A DNA stretch of 64,000 nucleotides from positions 1,014 through 65,013 of the forward strand of contig DAIOTP010000001.1 in the NCBI GenBank assembly GCA_036751905.1, given 5' to 3'. The notes beneath the pieces were generated by a model. That model worked only from the letters and a program-made list of their open reading frames with translations. It did no database searches and was not told the origin of the DNA. This document shows, one piece after another, positions 28,995-38,900 of this stretch. Position numbers and translations under genes: made by a program. Each line of letters begins with the position of its first letter. Position 1 is the first letter of the stretch. Origin of the DNA: Cryomorphaceae bacterium. GTDB taxonomy: Bacteria; Bacteroidota; Bacteroidia; Flavobacteriales_D; Cryomorphaceae.

Positions 28995-30723
28995 TGTCCT
29001 TGGCTTCCAGCTGAAAGCTTCTTTTACCATTCCAGTCATTGCTGCCTATGGTGTACACCATATCAAAGGCACTCCCTGCCTTGAGTTGCTCACACAAATG
29101 CCCCATTCCAAAAGCAATCACATCAAAGCCCTGATCGAGCCCCTCTTGCAGGGCTTTGAATTTGAGGTGCTCCGCGCCCACAGTCCGCACGTCGACAGCC
29201 TTGGCCCCTTGGGTCATAAACTGCGGTTCCAAATTGGCCGGGCCAAAGGGCCGCATGCGGTTGAGCTGGTTGAAGAAGCCATTGAATTGCCCATTGTACC
29301 AATCGCTGAATTGACAAGCAATATCCACGTTGAGGTAGGGTTTGCGGCTGTGGTCGATGAGGCGTTGGGCCACGCTGTTTTCAAAAGCATTGCGAAAGTC
29401 CTCGTACCTTTCCATCTTCAGGCTAAGCCCTGCTGCACTCCGGTGGCCACCGAATTGCTCCAATAGGTGGGCGCAATCTTTGATGGCTTCGTACAGGTTG
29501 AAGCCCTCCACACTGCGGGCGCTGCCTGTGAGCTGTCCACCTTTTCCTTCCGCAAAAACGATGGTCGGGCGGTAGCACACCTCGGTAAGCCGCGAAGCCA
29601 CGATGCCAATCACGCCCTTATGCCAGTCGGGGTGCTTAACCAAGGTGCTGTGCATGCTCAGGTCGGCATCCTGTGCGCGCATGAGGTCAATGGCCACAGC
29701 GGTGGTATCCTTGTCGAGTTGGCGCCGCTCGCGGTTGCGCATTTCGAGGCCTGTAGCCAGCGGTAGTGCAGTACTAAGCTGCTCCTGCACCAGCAGCTGT
29801 ACCGCTTCCCGGGCATGGCCAAGGCGCCCGGCAGCATTGATGCGCGGTCCTATTTTGAAGACCACGTCGCTTACATCGAGCTTGCCCTGGTAGCCGGCCA
29901 CTTGCAGCAAAGCAGCAAAACCCACCGGTGCATTTGCGTTCATGGATTCGAGACCCGCTTTTACGAGCGAGCGGTTTATTCCCTTGAGGTCCACAATGTC
30001 ACAGCAGGTAGCCACAGCGACGTAAGGCAGGTAGTGTAGCCATTGGGCATCGGGAAGGTCCATGAGTCCACTTATTTTGCGGATAAGCATAAAAGCCACC
30101 CCACACCCGCACAGCTCCTCGCCGTTCAGCGGGCAGCCCTCCTGCTTGGGGTTCAAAATGGCATAGGCAGGAGGCATTACATCGCCCGGTAAGTGGTGGT
30201 CGCACACCACCACATCAATTCCATGGGCTTGCGCTTCGGTGATGCGTTCCACAGCGGCAATCCCGCAATCGAGGGTGAGTAGGAGTTTGTAGCCATTTGC
30301 AGCTGCGTAGTCTATTCCTGCGGCACTTACGCCGTAACCTTCGTTGTACCGGTCGGGATTGTAGTAGCCGCATTTGGCCCCAAGGCCCTGCAGAAAATGG
30401 TACATCATGGCTGTAGAGCAGGTGCCATCGACATCATAATCACCATATACCAGTATAGGTTGTCCCTCTTCCATGGCATGTATCACCCGAAGTGCCGCGC
30501 GCTCAAGGTGCAGCATGTCGGCTGCGGAAGCGACCCGCTCAAGTCCCGGGGTAAAGAAGGTGTGTAATTGGTCTTCAGAGCTATAGCCCCTGTTGAGCAA
30601 AATTTCGGCTACCAAAGGGTGTAAGCCATTGACCTGTTCGCACAGTGCCTTTACGGCAAAAGATGAGATGGCCCTGGGTTGGCGCCACTGCAGCGCAGCG
30701 CGTGGGGGAGTTTCGGTTGTCAT
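28975..30723 (-). CDS. recJ: single-stranded-DNA-specific exonuclease RecJ
   Basis: DHH motifs (ILVYGDYDVDG, VVVCDHH) and DHHA1 region (GGHRSAAG). Confidence 0.9.
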   Translation of the reverse strand: MTTETPPRAALQWRQPRAISSFAVKALCEQVNGLHPLVAEILLNRGYSSEDQLHTFFTPGLERVASAADMLHLERAALRVIHAMEEGQPILVYGDYDVDGTCSTAMMYHFLQGLGAKCGYYNPDRYNEGYGVSAAGIDYAAANGYKLLLTLDCGIAAVERITEAQAHGIDVVVCDHHLPGDVMPPAYAILNPKQEGCPLNGEELCGCGVAFMLIRKISGLMDLPDAQWLHYLPYVAVATCCDIVDLKGINRSLVKAGLESMNANAPVGFAALLQVAGYQGKLDVSDVVFKIGPRINAAGRLGHAREAVQLLVQEQLSTALPLATGLEMRNRERRQLDKDTTAVAIDLMRAQDADLSMHSTLVKHPDWHKGVIGIVASRLTEVCYRPTIVFAEGKGGQLTGSARSVEGFNLYEAIKDCAHLLEQFGGHRSAAGLSLKMERYEDFRNAFENSVAQRLIDHSRKPYLNVDIACQFSDWYNGQFNGFFNQLNRMRPFGPANLEPQFMTQGAKAVDVRTVGAEHLKFKALQEGLDQGFDVIAFGMGHLCEQLKAGSAFDMVYTIGSNDWNGKRSFQLEAKDIRLRDS

Positions 30724-30796
30724 ATGCGGGTCTTAGGTTTACAAAGATGCCCAGAATTTTGAAAAAAGAATAATTTCTGCTCAGAACAACTTCACT

Positions 30797-30804
30797 TACT
30801 TTTG
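30797..30804 (+). promoter_or_regulatory. -7 box TACTTTTG upstream of the Cys-rich lipoprotein gene
   Basis: exact TAnnTTTG match 77 nt upstream of ATG 30881. Confidence 0.35.
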
Positions 30805-30880
30805 AACGTCTCATTAATGTTGACTACTTTCACGGGTTCAAATCCTAAATGGCTTTGATATTTAACAATCCACCTATCTG

Positions 30881-32593
30881 ATGAAATTTTCTTTTTCGCA
30901 ACTGACTTTTATAGGTCTGCTTACTCTATTTGCCTTAGGGTCATGCCGAAACGAAGCCAACCGAATCCCTGAGACTTGCTTTGACGGGATCAGAAACCAA
31001 GGAGAAACTGCCGTGGACTGTGGCGGCCCCAACTGCCCTGAATGTGCGCCCACCTGCGATGACAGGCAGAGCAATCAGGACGAATTTAGTCCGGTGAGCC
31101 TCACCAATCCCAATGTAGTGGCCATCGATTGTGGTGGCGAAAACTGCCCGCCTTGCTCAACCTGTGATGATGGCATACGCAATGCGCACTGGGTACTCGA
31201 CCTCAACCTCACTCCCGCCGACCTAAGCAATGACAGCGTAGGGCGCGGCCCGGCCGGATTCCTGTACCGACTTGTCATGGAGCGCGGCATTGACTGCGGT
31301 TTTCCTTGTGACTCAGTGTGCGCACCTACCTGTACCGATGGCATACTCAATGGCAATGAAGTGGGTATAGACTGTGGCGGCCCCGATTGCCCTCCGTGCC
31401 CCGTGCCGCCCAACTGCTTTGATGGCATACGCAATGGCCTGGAAACGGGAATAGACTGTGGAAGCCTGGAGTGCCCTGTGAGCAGACGGAACTGCCCCTC
31501 GCCCAACTGCACTGACGGTATCCGCAATATACATACCGAAATTACAGATATTGTTCAGGAAGGATACATCATCGTAATTGAAGCAGGTATTGATTGTGAC
31601 AACAATCCACTGACGAGCTGTCCGGACTGTCCGCTGCCTACCTGTTTTGATGGCATCAAGAACGGATTCGAAACCGGAATCGACTGCGGTGGGCCTTGTA
31701 TCACCCTATGCAGCGAAGTGCCTTCATGCCATGACGGGGTTCAAAATGGCAATGAGCTGGGTGTAGACTGTGGCGGTGACTGCCCTCCATGCCCCTACTG
31801 TGATGATGAATTCAAAAATGGTCCCGAGTTGCTTATTGACTGTTTGGACTATCCAATAGCATCATACACCCAGTCTGATGGAAGCCCCTGCCCTCTGTGC
31901 CCTTCATGTCATGATGGAATATTGACAGAGCTCCTTTTTGAATTGAATGTGGACTGCGGCGGCCCCAATTGTAAGCCCTGTGATCAGTTTCTGATTGCGG
32001 ATGGTATCGGCGCTAATATTGCGAACATGCAGCCTTTCAGCGACCAAAACACGTTGAATGAAGCTCTGGCTTCAGCAGGCCTCACCGACACCTTGTTTGT
32101 GCCCGATGCACTCACGCTCACTACCCAGGCTGTGCCAGGTCCTGGTGGACTTCCCACCATCTTGTACCGTCTGCGCGGAGTGCAGCGCTTTGCTATTCAA
32201 GGCTTTGGTACCTACGAGCGGGTACTCGAGATTATCATGCCAAAACCCTCAACCATTCAAACCGGACTGGGCAATGGCTTGAATCTCGTTGTATTCCCAA
32301 CAGCTCCGGGAGCCCAACCTGTGGCACCCACCGTAACATACTCTGAAGGATACATTGACGGTGAATTTGCTGGAACCATGCGCTTTGGAACCATCGCTAC
32401 AGATGTGGCACTGGGTGATCCGCTCAATGCGCAACTCACCGCCGGTTACAATTACACCAACATAGTGGGTGGCTTGATCCAGGGTACGATCAACTTTACG
32501 CGCATGCGTGAAATCAACCCGAATCCATTGGTAACGAATTTGGAAGTTCGCGTGGCACAGACCATTCTCTTCTCGATAGAGTACACGCCTTAA
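30881..32593 (+). CDS. Cys-rich tandem-repeat lipoprotein (uncharacterised)
   Basis: signal plus lipobox LFALGSC; 40 Cys in residues 33-367 in ten 4-Cys modules; Cys-free residues 368-570; bounded by its own promoter box and a strong terminator. Confidence 0.8.
   Translation: MKFSFSQLTFIGLLTLFALGSCRNEANRIPETCFDGIRNQGETAVDCGGPNCPECAPTCDDRQSNQDEFSPVSLTNPNVVAIDCGGENCPPCSTCDDGIRNAHWVLDLNLTPADLSNDSVGRGPAGFLYRLVMERGIDCGFPCDSVCAPTCTDGILNGNEVGIDCGGPDCPPCPVPPNCFDGIRNGLETGIDCGSLECPVSRRNCPSPNCTDGIRNIHTEITDIVQEGYIIVIEAGIDCDNNPLTSCPDCPLPTCFDGIKNGFETGIDCGGPCITLCSEVPSCHDGVQNGNELGVDCGGDCPPCPYCDDEFKNGPELLIDCLDYPIASYTQSDGSPCPLCPSCHDGILTELLFELNVDCGGPNCKPCDQFLIADGIGANIANMQPFSDQNTLNEALASAGLTDTLFVPDALTLTTQAVPGPGGLPTILYRLRGVQRFAIQGFGTYERVLEIIMPKPSTIQTGLGNGLNLVVFPTAPGAQPVAPTVTYSEGYIDGEFAGTMRFGTIATDVALGDPLNAQLTAGYNYTNIVGGLIQGTINFTRMREINPNPLVTNLEVRVAQTILFSIEYTP
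30977..31981 (+). repeat. ten tandem coding repeats of the module C-x-D-G-[IV]-x-N-G-x-E-x-G-[IV]-D-C-G-G-x(1,2)-C-x(2)-C
   Basis: modules start at Cys 33, 59, 95, 151, 179, 210, 255, 283, 307 and 343; recurring DNA strings such as gactgtggcggcccc. Confidence 0.8.
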
Positions 32594-32615
32594 CAGTTTA
32601 AAATGAAAGCAATTG

Positions 32616-32648
32616 AAATGGGCGCGCCGATGGCGCGCCCATTTTTAT
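32616..32648 (+). terminator. intrinsic terminator after the Cys-rich lipoprotein gene
   Basis: perfect 13-bp stem AAATGGGCGCGCC / GGCGCGCCCATTT with a 3-nt loop, followed by a T-run. Confidence 0.8.
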
Positions 32649-32718
32649 TGCCATTCATCAAGCCCTTCGACCGAGCATGTATTCTTAACGGAAACAAAAT
32701 GAACAAAAAACGTTTCCA

Positions 32719-33393
32719 TTGTGTTCTTTGCACTACATTTGCCGCGTGAACGCCATAAATGACATAGAACAAGAGAAGAAAACAAAGCTCCTCAGAGATG
32801 TGGTAAGCATCTTCATGACTTACGGCATCAAGAGTGTGACCATGGATGATGTGGCAAAACAGCTTCACATTTCTAAAAAAACCCTGTACCAATACGTCAG
32901 CGACAAAAATGACCTTGTATTGCAATGTGTACAGCTCGAATGCAGGCATGAAGAATGTGAAATCGGAAAAATCCTTGCGCAGAACCTCAATGCCATTGAC
33001 GAAAATATAGCCATCAGCCGGTTTGTTTTGGGCCAAATCCGCGATGTGCATCCGTCCATTTTCTACGATTTTGAAAAGTACCACCCCGAAGCCCTTGCCA
33101 TGCTCAATGAAAGTCGGCAAGGTTTCACCGTCAATGTTATCTACAACAACATCACCAAAGGAATCAATGAAGGCTATTTCCGGAACGACATTCACGTTGA
33201 AATAGCTACCCGCTTATGGCTTTCCCGAATCAATGCCATTTTTCAACCGGTTCTATTCCCCATGAAGGAATTTACGCTGAGTGAAGTATACCAACAAATG
33301 TTTGTACAACAAATCAGGGGTTTGGCTACGGAAAAAGGTTTAAAATACTTTGAAAACCGCATTGAACCAAATCTCAAAACCACCCAACCATGA
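32719..33393 (+). CDS. TetR/AcrR-family transcriptional regulator
   Basis: HTH segment VTMDDVAKQLHISKKTLYQYVSDK; start ambiguous (TTG 32719 or GTG 32746); stop overlaps the tolC ATG (ATGA). Confidence 0.8.
   Translation: MCSLHYICRVNAINDIEQEKKTKLLRDVVSIFMTYGIKSVTMDDVAKQLHISKKTLYQYVSDKNDLVLQCVQLECRHEECEIGKILAQNLNAIDENIAISRFVLGQIRDVHPSIFYDFEKYHPEALAMLNESRQGFTVNVIYNNITKGINEGYFRNDIHVEIATRLWLSRINAIFQPVLFPMKEFTLSEVYQQMFVQQIRGLATEKGLKYFENRIEPNLKTTQP
32734..32741 (+). promoter_or_regulatory. -7 box TACATTTG at the 5' end of the tetR ORF
   Basis: exact TAnnTTTG match lying inside the longest ORF (TTG 32719) and 4 nt before in-frame GTG 32746. Confidence 0.3.
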
Positions 33394-34736
33394 TCCGCCT
33401 TTTTGCAAGCACTTGCCTACTTGCTTTTGCAGCAAATGCAGCAATAGCCCAGCAATTGTCACTGAGCCTCAAGGAAGCCCAGCAGCTCGCACTTGAACAA
33501 AGCTATGCCATGATCACTGCCAACATGGACCTCGAGGCGACGAAGAAAGAGGTGAAGGAGGTGATCGCCATAGGGTTGCCTCAGGTGAACGCCAATGCTG
33601 AATACCAGCAGTTTCTTCAACTTCCGGTGAGCCTCATTCCCGGTGAGTTTCTCGGCCAGGAACCCGGTACCTTTGCTGAAATTCAGTTCGGTCTGGAGTA
33701 TAACTTTACCGGATCCATCACCGCTTCGCAGCTACTTTTTGACGGAACCTACATCGTTGGTCTCAAGGCTGCCAAAACCGCTGTAGAGATCACCCGCAAC
33801 TACCGCACGAAAACTGCTGCCGAAATTCGTGTCGCCGTTGCGGAAGCGTACTACACCACGCTTGTGGCACAGGCCAACCTCGACATACTTCGCGACAACC
33901 TCAAATCGGTGGATGGCCTCCTGCGCGAAGCGAGCGCTTTCTTCGATAACGGCCTTGTAGAGGAACAGGATGTAGACCAGCTTCAGCTCAACCGCAACCA
34001 GATACAAAACAGCATTGACAATACGCAGCGCTATCTCGACATTGCCAACAAAACACTCAACTTCCTGATAGGCATACCCCTGGATCAAGAAGTGACATTG
34101 AGCGACAACATTGAACAGCTTGTGCGCCTCAACAATGATCCCGCTTTACTCGACAGGGGCTATGTACTGGAAACCCATCCCGATATGCTCATAGCCCGCA
34201 CCAATGTCATGGTGCAGGATCTCACCCTCCAAGGTGCAAGAGCGGCCTATTATCCCAACCTGAACCTGTTCCTTTCGCACCAACAAAATGCACAACGCAA
34301 TGCGTTCAACTTTACCGAAAGCGGTCAACCTTGGTTTCCTGCTACCATTCTCGGTGTGAATATGAACATTCCCATATTCAGCGGTTTTCAGCGCAGCAAC
34401 AACGTAAGCCGAATGAAAATAGAGCTTGAGAAAAGTCAAATACAACTCACCCAAGCGGAAGAAAACCTCCGCCTCGACCAAACCCGGGCCATTGCCAATT
34501 ACGAAAATGCCCTGCGCGTATGGGAAACCCAAAAAGCCAGCATGGATCTGGCAAAGCGCATTAACGAACGTACGAAAATCAAATACTCTGAAGGAGTGGG
34601 TACAAGCACCGACCTGAACGTAGCCAATACGCAGCTGCTCAATGAACAGGGCCGCTATATTGATGCTGCACTTCATTTGCTCAATGCCAAACAGCAACTA
34701 GACAAAGCATATAACCTCTTTGATGTAGAACCATGA
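33390..34736 (+). CDS. TolC-family outer-membrane efflux protein
   Basis: signal peptide, two-repeat coiled/beta pattern, 448 aa, position in an efflux operon. Confidence 0.8.
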   Translation: MIRLFASTCLLAFAANAAIAQQLSLSLKEAQQLALEQSYAMITANMDLEATKKEVKEVIAIGLPQVNANAEYQQFLQLPVSLIPGEFLGQEPGTFAEIQFGLEYNFTGSITASQLLFDGTYIVGLKAAKTAVEITRNYRTKTAAEIRVAVAEAYYTTLVAQANLDILRDNLKSVDGLLREASAFFDNGLVEEQDVDQLQLNRNQIQNSIDNTQRYLDIANKTLNFLIGIPLDQEVTLSDNIEQLVRLNNDPALLDRGYVLETHPDMLIARTNVMVQDLTLQGARAAYYPNLNLFLSHQQNAQRNAFNFTESGQPWFPATILGVNMNIPIFSGFQRSNNVSRMKIELEKSQIQLTQAEENLRLDQTRAIANYENALRVWETQKASMDLAKRINERTKIKYSEGVGTSTDLNVANTQLLNEQGRYIDAALHLLNAKQQLDKAYNLFDVEP

Positions 34737-35893
34737 CACGTAAAGATAAACCTCAACTTCGCTATACCGCAATTGCACTGCTGTGCACCATGCACTTTTT
34801 CAGCTCGTGCAGTGAACCCACCAACGGCTCCCTTGAATCATACATCGCCAAGCGCGATTCGCTAAATCAAGTGAAGGAGCAGGTGGAGCTTGCATTGATG
34901 GATGTAGAAAAACGCATTGCCGAACTCGACACCAATGAAGTAGGCAAAGCCGTGACCCTGCACCATGTACAGAAAGGTACTTTTCAGCACTTCTTCGAGG
35001 TGTACGGCAGTGTGCAAGCCGATATGGCCGCAACGCTCTATCCAGAGAGTCAAGGACTGGTGAAGCAAATAGCCGTAGTAGAGGGGCAAATGGTCCGCAA
35101 AGGTGATGTGCTGATGCGGCTTGATGCAGAACTGCTGCAAAGCAATATTGCCGAATTGACCACCTCCCTGGATCTTGCCAAAGTTCTTTTTGAAAAGCAA
35201 GAACGCCTTTGGGACCAGAACATAGGCAGCGAGGTGCAATTTCTCGAAGCCAAAAACCGGAAAGAATCCCTTGAAAGATCGCTGGCTACCGTGCAGGAGC
35301 AAATCAACAAAACCACCATTCGGGCACCGTTCGAAGGCGTGGTGGACAAGATTATACCCAAAGTAGGCGAAATGGCGTCGCCGCAAATGCCCGTAATGCG
35401 GCTGGTGAATCCAAAAAACATGTACATCACAGCCGACGTGAGCGAAGGTTACCTCGGCCGTGTGAATGAGGGTGATCTTGTAGATGTAATTGTGGGTCGA
35501 CGCGATACGATTCGCACGAAAGTGCACCGGGTGGGAAGCTATATCAATCCAAGCAACCGCAGCTTCGAGGTGCGCGTGAACCTGGAAGAGGGAGGGCACA
35601 ACATTCTGCCCAATTCACTGGTAGTGCTTAAAATAAATGATTTTACTGCCGAGGATGCCATTTCAATTCCCTCATCACTCATCATGCAAGATGGCACCGG
35701 CGACGACTACGTGTTTATTGCCGTTGCAGAGGACAGCAACACCATGACTGCGCGCAAGCAAATTGTCCAGGCAGGCATGCGCTACCTGGGCCGTACCCTC
35801 ATTGTGGAGGGCGTGGAGCATGAACAAAAGTTAATTGACAAAGGTGCACGCAGCGTGCGCCATGGTGACGCCGTAAAGGAAACCTCACTTTAA
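34733..35893 (+). CDS. RND efflux periplasmic adaptor (MFP/HlyD family)
   Basis: lipoprotein-like N-terminus (FFSSCS), lipoyl/hairpin pattern (...IRAPFEGVV...), ATGA overlap with tolC. Confidence 0.8.
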   Translation: MTRKDKPQLRYTAIALLCTMHFFSSCSEPTNGSLESYIAKRDSLNQVKEQVELALMDVEKRIAELDTNEVGKAVTLHHVQKGTFQHFFEVYGSVQADMAATLYPESQGLVKQIAVVEGQMVRKGDVLMRLDAELLQSNIAELTTSLDLAKVLFEKQERLWDQNIGSEVQFLEAKNRKESLERSLATVQEQINKTTIRAPFEGVVDKIIPKVGEMASPQMPVMRLVNPKNMYITADVSEGYLGRVNEGDLVDVIVGRRDTIRTKVHRVGSYINPSNRSFEVRVNLEEGGHNILPNSLVVLKINDFTAEDAISIPSSLIMQDGTGDDYVFIAVAEDSNTMTARKQIVQAGMRYLGRTLIVEGVEHEQKLIDKGARSVRHGDAVKETSL

Positions 35894-35905
35894 AATCACT
35901 GAATC

Positions 35906-38900
35906 ATGGCACCACGCTTGCTCAATCCGGGCGATAAAGGATACAAGGAGTTCGGCCTAAGCTCTTTATCGGTCAACAACCGCACCACGGTATTTGTACT
36001 TGCAGTGATTATACTGCTGGGTGGCCTCGCCGCTTACAACTCCATGGCCAAAGAGAACTTCCCGGACATTGTAACGCCTGAAATTTACGTAGGTACCCCC
36101 TACCCCGGCAACTCTCCGCTCGATATCGAAAAACTCATCACAAGGCCTTTCGAAAAAGAGCTGAACACCATTACCGGTGTGGACGAAATCAATTCGACCA
36201 GCATTCAGGGCTACAGCACCATACAGGTAAAATTCAAATTTGACGTAAGTCCAGAGGAGGCCCTCCGAAAGGTGAAAGACAAAATTGACATTGCCAAAAG
36301 CGACAACGATTTTCCAAAAGACTTGCCTGCCGATCCGAACATTTTTGAACTCAACATTTCGGAACTCGTACCCATCCTCAACATCAATTTGTCAGGCGAC
36401 TATGCCATCGATCAGCTAAAGCAGTACGCCGAATACCTCGAAGACGAAATTGAAAAGCTGCCCGAGATTACAGCCGTTGATATCCGTGGGGTAATGGACA
36501 AAGAAGTGGCCGTGAACCTCAACATCCACGCGATGGAGGCCATGGAAATAAACTTCGACGACGTATCCAATGCCATATCAGCGGAAAATGTGACCATATC
36601 AGGAGGTGATTTGCTCGTGGATGGTTTCCGCCGTAATGTGCGCGTGCTGGGTGAATTCAGCAATACCAAAGAAATCGAAGACATTATTGTAAAGCGTGAA
36701 AATCAAGAAGTAGTATACCTGAGGGACATTGCTCAGGTGGAATTTGGTGAGAAAGAAAAGGAAAGCTACGCCCGGGCTTACCGCAAGCCTGTGGTGATGC
36801 TGGATGTAAAAAAGCGGGCAGGCGAAAACTTGATTGAAGCCGCCCAAAAAATCAACGTCATTGTAGCAGATGCCCAATTGAACTTGTTTCCCAACGACCT
36901 CGTGGTGTCCATCACCAACGATACCAGCGATCAAACCAAAACACAGGTAGACGAATTGGAGAACAGCATCATTTTTGGCGTCCTACTGGTTGTAGGGGTT
37001 TTGCTTTTCTTTCTCGGTTTGCGCAATGCCATTTTCGTAGGCATCGCCATTCCCTTGTCCATGTTGATGAGCTTCCTGATCCTGTCGGCATTGGGCGTTA
37101 CTTTGAATGTAATTGTGCTCTTTGGGTTGGTACTGGCTCTGGGTATGCTTGTAGACAATGGCATCGTGGTGGTCGAGAACGTGTACCGGCTCATGGAGCA
37201 AGGCTATTCCCCACTTACGGCTACCAAACTCGGTGTGGGTGAAGTGGCTATACCCATCATTGCATCAACTGCCACCACCCTTGCGGCCTTTTTGCCTTTG
37301 GCTTTCTGGCCTGGCATTGTTGGGGAATTTATGTTCTACTTGCCCATCACGCTCATTATTGTGCTGGGATCGTCGCTGTTTGTGGCGCTGGTGATCAATC
37401 CGGTGCTCATTTCCATTTACATGAAAGTGGGTGAGGAGAACATCAGCGAGCGCCGAATGCTCCGAAACAGCCTCATTTTTATTGGCATTGGGCTTTTGTT
37501 GATTTTTCTAGGACTCCAATCCGATATAAGAACCGTCGTGTCATTCGGGAGCTTGTCCGTATTCATCGGCATCTCTGGATTCCTCAATGTATTTCTGCTT
37601 AGGCCTGGCAGCCGTTTGTTGCAAGACAAGTGGTTGCCCGCACTTGAGCGCTTTTACCAACGTTTTCTGGCGTATGCCCTTACCGGCAAAAGACCTTATG
37701 GCTTTTTGGGAGGCACTGTGCTGCTGCTTTTTGCTTCCTTGGTGTTGTTTGGACTTTTTCCACCGCAAGTGATCTTCTTCCCAATCAATGAACCGCAGTA
37801 CATCAACGTGTTTATTGAAAACCCCATCGGCACAGATATAGAAGAAACCAACCGCGTTACTGAAGCCATGGAGGAGCGGGTGCTCGAAGTATTGGACAAG
37901 TATTTCGACAAAGAAGCGGGCGGATACGAATCATTCCTGATCAAATCTGTGATTGCCCAGGTAGGTGAGGGTGCAAGCGATCCTGCACAGGGCCCATCCA
38001 TGGGCAATACGCCGCACAAGGCACGCATCACCGTGCAATTTTCAAAATTTCAGGACCGTCAAGGCATACGCTCTACGGATGTGCTGGAAGAAGTGCGCAG
38101 CGCCCTACGTGGATACCCGGGAACGCGCATTACCGTAAGCAAAAATGAAGACGGCCCACCTCAAGGGCTGCCCGTCAACATTGAAATACGCGGCGACGAC
38201 TATGACAAAGTCATGGCCGATGCCGAAGGATTCCGCAATTTTATCAATGAAAAAGGCATTGCAGGCATAGAAGAACTCAAACTCGATGTAGAATTGGGCA
38301 AACCCGAAATGCCCATCATCATTGACCGCAACAAAGCCCGCAGGCTCAGCCTCTCAACCTACCAAATAGGTGACGCACTCCGCACGGCCCTTTTCGGAAA
38401 AGAGGTGAGCACTTTCAAAGATGGCGAGGATGACTACCCCATCAACATAAGGCTCATGAAGGAATTTCGCGACAATGAAGATGCCCTGATGAACATGCGC
38501 CTCACCTTCCGAGATGCCGCCACCGGAAAAATCAAACAAGTACCTATTTCAAGTGTAGCTGAGGCACGCAAGTCATCCACATTCAGTGCTGTAAAGCGCC
38601 GCGACCTGGACCGCACAGTGACCATTAGCAGCAATGTGCTCTCTGGTTACAATGCCAACGAGGTGGTCGAGAAGATCAAAGGAATCGTTCAGGACTACGA
38701 TTTCGAAGCGGGCAATGAGTTGCGCTTCACTGGGCAGCAAGAAGAGCAAGCTGAGGAGTTTGCCTTTTTGAGCACGGCCCTTGCCCTTGCCTTGTTTATG
38801 ATTATCCTCATCATTACAGCACAATTCAACTCCATCTCCACACCATTTATCATCGCTTTCGCTGTGGTGTTTAGCCTGATCGGAGTTTTCCTCGGCCTGG

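Noticed and set aside
31075-31527. 150-aa minus-strand ORF inside the Cys-rich repeat region
   Set aside because: It is a reverse-frame artefact of the repetitive GGC/CCG-rich module DNA. The + strand frame carries the lipoprotein signal and the regular Cys periodicity.
34862-35599. 245-aa ORF antisense to the efflux adaptor gene. Similar long antisense or alternative-frame ORFs occur at 4497..5231, 8855..9580, 11053..11802, 19181..19852, 49149..49964, 62087..62746, 3507..4361 and 863..1321.
   Set aside because: Each is nested in a gene with clear family motifs. None shows a recognisable domain, signal peptide or its own promoter box, so I treat them as frame shadows.
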